NCBI GenBank assembly: GCA_035940575.1
Contig: DASZER010000067.1
Location: 7,729-71,728 of the forward strand
DNA: 64,000 nucleotides
Direction of reading: 5' to 3'
Source: Frankiaceae bacterium
Lineage (GTDB): Bacteria > Actinomycetota > Actinomycetes > BP-191
Positions 9,304 to 16,256 of this stretch are shown here, piece by piece. The notes below the pieces were generated by a model. The model was given only the letters and a program-made list of their open reading frames with translations, had not been told where the DNA came from and did no database searches. The position numbers and the translations under genes were made by a program. How positions within the stretch are numbered: the stretch's first letter is position 1; each line of letters starts with the position of its first letter.

Positions 9304-12300
9304 ATGCGTTCGTTCCGGCTGTCCTTCGTCACCGCCGCGGCCACCGCCGCGGCCGTGCTCGTCCCGCTCGCGCCACCCGCCGCCGCCGTCACGGCGTTCG
9401 TGCCCGACGGGGTCGCCGTCGTCGTCGGCCAGGGCAACGGCGACGGCCGGGTCGCGACCGAGGCGCGGATCGACCCGAAGAAGCTCGTCTACGCCCCGAA
9501 CGGCGACCTGCTCGTCGTCGAGGCGACGCGCCTGCGGCGGATCGACGCCGAGAGCAAGGTCATCACGACGATCGCGGGCACGGGCGTGCGCGGCCTCTCC
9601 GGCGACGGCGGCCCGGCGACGGCGGCGACGTTCGCCTCGATGCGCGACGTGGCGGTCGCGGACGACGGGACGATGTACATCGCCGAGAACGGCAACTCCC
9701 GCATCCGCCGCATCGCCCCCGACGGCACCGTCTCGACGCTCGTCACGGTCGCCTCGCCGGTCGCGGTCGAGCTGTCGCCGTCGGGCGTGCTGTACGTCGC
9801 GCAGAGCGGCGCCGTCTCCCGCTGGACGGGCACGGCGCTCGAACGCGTCGCGGGCGGCGGCAGCACCAACGCCGCGACCGTCGGCGACGCGCGCAACGCG
9901 CTGCTCTACCTCGTCACCGACATCGCGTTCACGCCGAACGGCCACCTGATCCTCAGCGAGACGTACACGCACCGCGTCCGCCGCGTCCTCGGCGGCGTGC
10001 CGGGCGCCTCGATCACGACGCTGCTGGGCAACCCGCCGATCTTCGAGCCGTGGGGTCTCGCGAGCCGCCCCGACGGCTCCGTCGCGATCCTGTCGCACGA
10101 CGCGATCCGCGTCCTCGCCAACGCCGGCGGCGCCACGCCGGGCCCGCTGACGACGGTAGGGACGAGCTTCTCGTTCGAGGGGGTCGCGGCCGACGCCGCC
10201 GGCCACCTCGTGGAGATGAGCCACGGCTACCCGGACGGCTGGACCGTCCGGACGCTGCCCGGCGGCGAGCGCGTGGCGGGCGCGAGGTTCGCGGCGGACG
10301 GCGCGCCGGTCGAGGGCGCGTGGTTCCAGTGGCTGCGCGACGTCGCGGTCGGCGCGGACGGCACGGCGTACGTCGTCGACGACAGCCTGCTGCGCACCGT
10401 CTCGCCCGGGGGCGTGCTCGGCACGCTCGCCGGCAGCGGCGCCGTGGGCCCGCGCTCCGGCATCGGCGGGCCCGCGAAGGACGCGGTGTTCGAGGACCTG
10501 CGCCAGGCCGCGCCCGCGCCGGGTGGCGACGTCTACGTCGCCGACGGCCCGTACGTCCGCAAGGTCGTGCCCGGCGGGGCGATCACGGCGTTCGCCCAGC
10601 TCGACAGCGCGGTCACGGGGCTCGCGGTCGCCGCGGACGGCGCCGTCCACGCGGTCACGGCGTGCCACGCGTACACGATCCAGCCCGACGGCACGACGTC
10701 GGAGCTCGCGACGCCCGCGGCCTGCACGCTGCAGGAGAGCGACTCGACGGGCGCGCACCGCTCGCCGACGTCGCTGCTCGACGTCACCCTCGACGCGGAC
10801 GGCCGTCCGCTCCTGACGCGGAACGTCAGCGGCGAGATGCTGCTGCACCGCGTCGAGCCCGACGGCACGCTCACGCTGCTCGAGAAGGCCCCGCTCGGCA
10901 CCGGCGTGGCGGTGCGCCCCGACGGCACGGTCGAGCTGGCCGCGGAGGGCCTGCTGCCCGACGGCGGGGTCGTCCGCAGGTCGTACGTCGTGGACGGGAC
11001 CGAGCGCCGGGCGCTGCGCCTCGCGGCGGAGCCCTCGGGGACGCTGCTCGCGATCCACGAGGACCGCACGCTGCTGCGGCTGACCCCGCGCGACCAGGCG
11101 ATGCCTCCGGCCGTCACCGGCCTCCAGGTGACGCCGGGCCCGGGGTCGCTGACGCTGTCGTGGGACGCCGTCGCCTCCGACGAGCTCACCGGCTACGTCG
11201 TCGCGATCCGGCGCGGCACGACGCCGCCCGCCACGCCGCGCCTCGGCGAGGGGTCGGGCGTGGTCGTCCCCGTCGGCACGACGACCGTCACGCTCACGCG
11301 CGCCGGCCTCGTCGACGGCTACCCCGGCCTGAACGACGAGCCGTACTCCGTGGCGGTGTTCGCGCGCGGCGGGTCCGGCGTGGCCGCGCCCGCCGTCGCG
11401 ACCGCGACGCCGCTGCCCGAGACCGTGCCGCCGGGGACCGGCTCCGACCTCGCGTTCACGGTGGAGGACGGGCTGCTCAAGGCGACGTGGACGAAGCCGG
11501 GCGACGCCGACCTCTACCGCGCCGTCGCGCGGCTCGCGCCGACGACGCCGCCCGCCACGGCGGACGCGGGAACGGGGTCGACCGACGTCGGCCTCGGCGT
11601 CGCGTACTGGAGCATCGCGTCGCTGCCGCAGGGCACGTACGGCGTCTCGGTGTTCCACGAGGACCTCTACGGCAACAGGAGCGCGCCGCTGTCGGGGACG
11701 GTGTTCGTCGACAGGACGCCGCCCGCGCCGGTGACCGGCCTCACCGCGTCGCAGGTCATCAGCGGCGCGTGGGTCAAGGCGGCGTGGACCGCGCCGGGCG
11801 CCGACGTGAAGTACGTCCGCGCGCGGCTGCTGACCGGCTACACGTACCCGGCCACGCCCGACCAGGGCCTCGAGCCGACGACGTCCTCGCGCGGCGAGGC
11901 GCTCTGGCCGATCACGTACTACGGCGCCCAGCACCGCATCGCGGTGTTCACGACCGACACAGCCGGCAACACGTCGCGGGCGACCTACCTGTTCGTCCCG
12001 CGCCGCCCGGTCCGCCTGACGATCGCGGTGCCCGCGACGGTGCGGTACGGCGAGGAGGTGCTGGTGCGCGGCTCGATCGTGAAGCCCGACACCGGCAGCG
12101 GCTACAACGGCCAGCGGGTCGAGCTGTGGGCGCGGCCGAGGTTCGGGACGGCGCCGTTCCGGTTCGTGAGCGCGCTGACGAGCAACCAGTACGGCCGCGT
12201 GGCGTACCGGCACGCGCCGTCGGTCGAGATGCAGTACCAGCTACGGCACCCGGCCTCGACGGTCGCCGCCGCGACGAGCGGGACCGCGGTCGTCGGCGTC

Positions 12301-12591
12301 GTTCCCGAGGTGCTCTCCAACCCGAGGCCGTCGCGGCTCGCGCGCAACGCGCCGTTCACGATGTACGCCGGGCTCGACCCGGGCCACGTCGGCGTCGCGC
12401 TGACGCTCCAGCGGTACTACGGCGGCGCGTGGCACGACGTCGTGACGCGGTACACCGCGAGCGACGGCATCGCGCGGCTGCCCGGAGCCGCGCCGGGGAC
12501 GGCGGGCACGCACTACTTCAGGGTCGTGTTCCGCGGGGACCGCGACCACCGGCCGGCCGTCGGCTTCCACTACGGGCTGCTCGTGTCGTGA
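9304..12591 (+). CDS. secreted NHL-repeat beta-propeller protein with FN3/Ig-like C-terminal modules
   Basis: ORF 9304..12591 with a signal peptide. Repeated NHL-like blades (IAGTGVRGLSGDGGPATAATF..., DVAVADDGTMYIAENGNSRIRRI). Three internally repeated modules each carry a TPPAT/YPATP motif. Confidence 0.9.
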   Translation: MRSFRLSFVTAAATAAAVLVPLAPPAAAVTAFVPDGVAVVVGQGNGDGRVATEARIDPKKLVYAPNGDLLVVEATRLRRIDAESKVITTIAGTGVRGLSGDGGPATAATFASMRDVAVADDGTMYIAENGNSRIRRIAPDGTVSTLVTVASPVAVELSPSGVLYVAQSGAVSRWTGTALERVAGGGSTNAATVGDARNALLYLVTDIAFTPNGHLILSETYTHRVRRVLGGVPGASITTLLGNPPIFEPWGLASRPDGSVAILSHDAIRVLANAGGATPGPLTTVGTSFSFEGVAADAAGHLVEMSHGYPDGWTVRTLPGGERVAGARFAADGAPVEGAWFQWLRDVAVGADGTAYVVDDSLLRTVSPGGVLGTLAGSGAVGPRSGIGGPAKDAVFEDLRQAAPAPGGDVYVADGPYVRKVVPGGAITAFAQLDSAVTGLAVAADGAVHAVTACHAYTIQPDGTTSELATPAACTLQESDSTGAHRSPTSLLDVTLDADGRPLLTRNVSGEMLLHRVEPDGTLTLLEKAPLGTGVAVRPDGTVELAAEGLLPDGGVVRRSYVVDGTERRALRLAAEPSGTLLAIHEDRTLLRLTPRDQAMPPAVTGLQVTPGPGSLTLSWDAVASDELTGYVVAIRRGTTPPATPRLGEGSGVVVPVGTTTVTLTRAGLVDGYPGLNDEPYSVAVFARGGSGVAAPAVATATPLPETVPPGTGSDLAFTVEDGLLKATWTKPGDADLYRAVARLAPTTPPATADAGTGSTDVGLGVAYWSIASLPQGTYGVSVFHEDLYGNRSAPLSGTVFVDRTPPAPVTGLTASQVISGAWVKAAWTAPGADVKYVRARLLTGYTYPATPDQGLEPTTSSRGEALWPITYYGAQHRIAVFTTDTAGNTSRATYLFVPRRPVRLTIAVPATVRYGEEVLVRGSIVKPDTGSGYNGQRVELWARPRFGTAPFRFVSALTSNQYGRVAYRHAPSVEMQYQLRHPASTVAAATSGTAVVGVVPEVLSNPRPSRLARNAPFTMYAGLDPGHVGVALTLQRYYGGAWHDVVTRYTASDGIARLPGAAPGTAGTHYFRVVFRGDRDHRPAVGFHYGLLVS

Positions 12592-13574
12592 TCGCGCCGC
12601 GACGCTGGACGCCGCCGCCGGCGCCTCCGCGCGCGCGGCGGGAGACGGGGGAGACGCCGTTCCCGCCGATGGACCTCCTGCCGCTGCCGGGGGAGGGGCC
12701 CGAGGACGTCGTCGTCGCGGCCGACGGGGCGTTGCTGACCGGCCTGTCCGGCGGGCGGATCGTCCGCGTCGACCCGGCGTCAGGCGCGACCTCGGTCGTC
12801 GGCGACACGGGCGGGCGGCCGCTCGGCCTGGAGGCGCTGCCCGACGGGCGGGTGCTCGTCTGCGACAGCCACAGGGGGCTGCTGCGGCTCGACCCCACGA
12901 CGGGCGCGGTCGAGACGCTCGTGCGCGAGGTGGGCGGGGTGCCGCTGGTGTTCTGCTCGAACGCCGTCGCGCAGGCGGACGGCACGGTGTGGTTCAGCGA
13001 GTCGACGCGCCGCCACCGCTTCGAGGACTGGCGCGACGACATCGTGGAGCACTCCGCGACCGGCCGCGTCTTCAGGCTCGACCCGGACGGCACGGTCGAG
13101 ACGGTGGTGGACGGGCTGCGGTTCGCGAACGGCCTCGCGCTGGCCGCCGACGAGTCGTACCTCGTCGTCGCCGAGACGGCCGGGTACTCGTTGAGCCGCC
13201 TGTGGCTGACGGGGGAGCGGGCCGGGACGTACGAGCCGTGGGTGACGAACCTGCCCGGCTTCCCCGACAACATCGCGCGCGGCCCGAGCGGCCTGGTGTG
13301 GGTGACGTTGCCGAACGCCCGCAACGCCGTCCTCGACCGGGCGCTGCCGCGGTCGCCGTGGATCCGCGTCGTCACGCACGCGCTGCCGCAGCGGCTCCAG
13401 CCGCAGCCGAAGCGGACGGTGTGGGTGCTCGGCGTCTCGCCCTCGGGGGAGGTCGTCCGCGACTACCAGGCGCCGGGCGAGCGGTGGGCGTTCGCGACGG
13501 GCGTCGCGGAGCACGAGGGGCGGCTGTACCTCGCGAGCATCTCGGAGCGTTCGCTCGCGGTGCTCGCGACATGA
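12588..13574 (+). CDS. strictosidine synthase-like / SMP-30-gluconolactonase-type six-bladed beta-propeller protein (no signal peptide)
   Basis: Terminal part of ORF 10050..13574. GTG 12588 makes a GTGA overlap with the upstream stop. Motifs GPEDVVV, GRPLGLEA, FSESTRRH, RFANGLAL and GFPDNI fit the Str_synth/SGL family. Confidence 0.85.
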   Translation: MIAPRRWTPPPAPPRARRETGETPFPPMDLLPLPGEGPEDVVVAADGALLTGLSGGRIVRVDPASGATSVVGDTGGRPLGLEALPDGRVLVCDSHRGLLRLDPTTGAVETLVREVGGVPLVFCSNAVAQADGTVWFSESTRRHRFEDWRDDIVEHSATGRVFRLDPDGTVETVVDGLRFANGLALAADESYLVVAETAGYSLSRLWLTGERAGTYEPWVTNLPGFPDNIARGPSGLVWVTLPNARNAVLDRALPRSPWIRVVTHALPQRLQPQPKRTVWVLGVSPSGEVVRDYQAPGERWAFATGVAEHEGRLYLASISERSLAVLAT

Positions 13575-13575
13575 C

Positions 13576-13601
13576 GAAGGGGCGCCCGGAGGCGCCCCTT
13601 C
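13576..13601. terminator. perfect 11-bp stem / 4-nt loop hairpin between convergent genes (bidirectional, I-shaped terminator candidate)
   Basis: GAAGGGGCGCC-CGGA-GGCGCCCCTTC read directly. It sits 1 nt after the + strand stop (13572-74) and 13 nt after the - strand stop (13615-17). There is no U-tract. Confidence 0.55.
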
Positions 13602-13614
13602 GCTCGCACGTCGT

Positions 13615-13800
13615 TCAGCAGCCGGTGACCGAGAGGCAGCGGACGCCGGTGATGCACTGCTGGAAGTCGCTGTTGCAACCGCCGGCGCAGGTGAGCGTGT
13701 TGTTCGGACAGTTCGGCGTGATGGCGCCGCCGGCCACCGCGCCGAGCTCGACGTCCGTGAGCTCCGCGAGGGTCTCCTTGTTGAGGCTGAGCTTGCGCAT
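13615..13800 (-). CDS. 61-aa precursor-like peptide: double-glycine-type leader plus six-Cys, Ser/Thr-rich core (RiPP/bacteriocin candidate)
   Basis: ORF 13615..13800: MRKLSLNKETLAELTDVELGAVAGG | AITPNCPNNTLTCAGGCNSDFQQCITGVRCLSVTGC. AAGGAG lies 5 nt upstream of the ATG, GC3 is high, and a hairpin terminator lies downstream. Confidence 0.7.
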   Translation of the reverse strand: MRKLSLNKETLAELTDVELGAVAGGAITPNCPNNTLTCAGGCNSDFQQCITGVRCLSVTGC

Positions 13801-13847
13801 GCGCGCTCCTTGGGGGGTGAGGGACTCGGGCGGACATCATCACCCTC

Positions 13848-14330
13848 CTAATGGCTCTCGAGCCACTCCTCCGCGAAGTCCATCTCCTGCTCGATGAGCT
13901 TCACGACCTGCTCCTCGGCCTCCTTGCCGATGCGGCCGCCGATCAGCGGGACGTTCACCTTGACGGTCGCGGTCACGCGGTAGAGCGCGCCGTCGCCGTC
14001 GTGGACGACCTCGAACGTTCCGCTGACCTTGCCCGGCAGCCTCGACTCCGACTCCCACTCGGCGGTGCAGCGGTCGTCGGTCACCGACGTCCACCGCTCG
14101 ACCTGCGTCACGTGGCCGTTGCCGGCGAGCTTGCGGAGCTGCGAGGGCAGGTGCTCCAGCGGCAGCCGGCGCGGCCAGCGTACGGTCGCGAGGTCGCCGT
14201 TCCTCTCGATGGTCGCGGGGGAGATGCCGCCGAGCGCGGCGCCCCTGTCGCGCTGGTACTCCTCCGACACCATCCCCTCGACGAGCTCGCGGGGGGTGCG
14301 GTCGTAGCGGCGTTCGACGGTGCGGGTCAT
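13848..14330 (-). CDS. DUF2505 / SRPBCC (START/polyketide-cyclase-like) family protein
   Basis: Last 160 aa of ORF 13848..15434, from ATG 14330 (MTRTVERRYDRTPRELVEGM...). The general pattern matches DUF2505 as I remember it. Confidence 0.75.
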   Translation of the reverse strand: MTRTVERRYDRTPRELVEGMVSEEYQRDRGAALGGISPATIERNGDLATVRWPRRLPLEHLPSQLRKLAGNGHVTQVERWTSVTDDRCTAEWESESRLPGKVSGTFEVVHDGDGALYRVTATVKVNVPLIGGRIGKEAEEQVVKLIEQEMDFAEEWLESH

Positions 14331-14412
14331 GCCTCGGGACCGTAGCGGAATGCGGCTTGACGGCGCTGCGTTGAGGTAGTTGTCTATGCAACAACATGTG
14401 AAGGAGCGCACC

Positions 14413-15362
14413 ATGCCCGCCGTCACCGCGGACACCCTCTCCCTGCCCCGCGTGCCGTCGCCGACCCTCGGTGACGTGCCGCGCCGCGTGAAGGCGGTCA
14501 CGACCGCGCCGTCGTCGTACGAGGGCGAGGGCTTCCCGGTCCGCCGCGCGTTCGCGGGCGTGGACCTGCGCGACCTCGACCCGTTCATCCACATGGACGA
14601 GATGGGCTCGGTCGAGTACGGCCCGGGCGAGCCGAAGGGCACGTCGTGGCACCCGCACCGCGGGTTCGAGACCGTGACGTACATCCTGGAGGGCACGTTC
14701 CAGCACCAGGACAGCCACGGCGGCGGCGGGCTCATCGCGAACGGCGCCACGCAGTGGATGACCGCCGCGCGCGGCATCCTGCACATCGAGACGCCGCCGG
14801 AGGAGCTGGTCGTCTCGGGCGGGCTGTTCCACGGCTTCCAGCTCTGGGTGAACCTCCCGCGCGCGACAAGATGCGCGACCCGGCGTACCAGAACCTCGAG
14901 GGCTCCCACGTCACGCTGCTGTCGTCGGCCGACGGCGGGGCGTTGCTCCGCGTCATCGCCGGCTCGGTCGCGGGCCACGCCGGCCCCGGCTCGACGCACA
15001 CGCCGATCACGATGGTGCACGCGACGATCGCGCCAGGCGCGTCGCTCTCGCTGCCGTGGCAGGCCGACTTCAACGCGCTGGCGTACGTGTTCTCCGGTGA
15101 CGGGACGGTCGGCGTGCCTGCCGCGCCGGTGCGTTCGGGCCAGCTCGCGGTGCTCGGAGCGGGCGACTCGCTCACGCTGACCGCGACCACGGCGATGGAC
15201 GTGCTGCTGCTGGGCGGGCAGCCGATCCGCGAGCCGATCGCGGCGTACGGGCCGTTCGTGATGAACACCAAGGCCGAGCTCGCGCAGGCCGTGGACGACT
15301 ACCGCGCGGGCCGCCTCGGCGTCATCCCGCCGAACGCCCTCATGCCCCACGTCGTGCGGTAG
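14413..15362 (+). pseudogene. pirin-family protein interrupted by a 1-nt deletion (frameshift at ~14859)
   Basis: The N-terminal half is in the frame of ORF 14380..15180 (..HPHRGFETVTYILEG..GFQLWVNLP). The C-terminal half is in the frame of ORF 14646..15362 (ARDKMRDPAYQNLEG...). AAGGAG precedes ATG 14413. Confidence 0.8.
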
Positions 15363-15468
15363 GGGCTCGGGGGCGCCGCCGCTGCGCTCGTTCCTTGACG
15401 GCGGTGGCGCGCCCGCCCGCGTGGCGATCTTCAATGTTGGGGAACGGCGGACGCGCGGGCGGGGTCCG

Positions 15469-16254
15469 TCAGGCGGCGGCGAGGGCTCCGTACTCCGCCG
15501 CTGCCTTGCGGACGATGCCGAGGCCGTCGAGGCCGGGGAGGCGGTGCACGTTCGCGTCGAGACGGTCGGCGACGGTGCCGTCGACGAGGTGGCGCAGCAG
15601 GAACGCCGTCTCCTCGCGCGGCATCACCGACGACCCGACGGGTGCCCACCGCGTACGCAGCAGCAGCCGCACGAGGCGCCGGGCGCGCGGGCTCGCGGCG
15701 AGGCGGCGGCGCGCCTCGGTGGCATAGAACGCCACGTGCCGCGCCTCCTGCCGCTGGATGCGGTCGAGCAGCTCGGTCAGCATGGGGTGGCCCTCGCGCT
15801 CGGCGAGGCGGGCGTAGCCGGCCTGCGTGGACCACTCGTTCACCGCGCCCCACGTCATGTGCACCGCGACGAACGCGTCGCCGAGCAGCGCGCCGCCGAG
15901 GGCGTTGACGACGGGCGACACGCGGTCGCCGAGGCCCTGCCGCGCGCGCATCGGTTCGACGCGGGCGGCGCCCGAAGCCTCGCCGTGCGCCGCGAGCACG
16001 CGGCCGAGCGCCTCGCCGTGCCAGTGCTCCTCGTAGTTCCACATCGTGAGGAACGCCGTCACGCGCGGGTCGCGGTGCGACGGCGTGACGAGCAGGTCCC
16101 GCAGGTAGCAGACGGTGTGCGACTCGACGTCGTGCATGTACCGCAGGCAGCGCAACGCCTCGGGCGACAGCGGGCGGGCACGGAACGCCGCGAGGTCGAT
16201 CCCGTCGAGCGAGACAGGGGAGACCTGGCGGGCGTAGGCGTCGATGTCGAACAC
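15469..16254 (-). CDS. ferritin-like diiron-carboxylate protein (two ExxH motifs)
   Basis: Last 261 aa of ORF 15469..18405, from GTG 16254 (VFDIDAYARQ). NYEEHWHGEAL and QEARHVAFY look like paired diiron ligand motifs. Confidence 0.75.
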   Translation of the reverse strand: MFDIDAYARQVSPVSLDGIDLAAFRARPLSPEALRCLRYMHDVESHTVCYLRDLLVTPSHRDPRVTAFLTMWNYEEHWHGEALGRVLAAHGEASGAARVEPMRARQGLGDRVSPVVNALGGALLGDAFVAVHMTWGAVNEWSTQAGYARLAEREGHPMLTELLDRIQRQEARHVAFYATEARRRLAASPRARRLVRLLLRTRWAPVGSSVMPREETAFLLRHLVDGTVADRLDANVHRLPGLDGLGIVRKAAAEYGALAAA

Positions 16255-16256
16255 GC

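Noticed and set aside
6481-12213. 1910-aa ORF on the - strand, the largest in the track
   Set aside because: It is antisense to two + strand genes with signal peptides and recognisable domains (hydrolase-like, NHL repeats). Its composition is R/A/G/D-dominated with poly-Arg runs and has no motif. It is not coding.
9304-12591. Could the 1095-aa protein near the GG-leader peptide be a LanM-type lanthipeptide synthetase?
   Set aside because: It has a signal peptide, NHL-type propeller repeats and FN3-like modules. I could find no LanC-like (GxxG...WCxG...CHG zinc ligand) or dehydratase motifs. It is also on the opposite strand to the peptide and separated from it by another gene.
14356-14400. 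A locally AT-richer stretch with TTGACG and a GTTGT-N7-ACAAC inverted repeat upstream of pirin, considered as a promoter/operator
   Set aside because: I could not fit a convincing -10 hexamer at proper spacing from TTGACG, and the palindrome arms are only 5 bp. It is plausibly the divergent promoter region but is not specific enough to annotate.
14855-14870. Programmed ribosomal frameshift in the pirin gene
   Set aside because: There is no slippery heptamer or downstream structure. The lesion is a missing base in a CGCGCG run, and pirins are not known to use recoding. An indel, real or from assembly, is the simpler explanation.
15408-15466. 10-bp inverted repeat (CCCGCCCGCG ... CGCGGGCGGG) between the convergent pirin and diiron genes, considered as a terminator
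   Set aside because: The arms are separated by a ~30-nt loop and there is no U-tract, so the element is too loose to call a terminator with any confidence.
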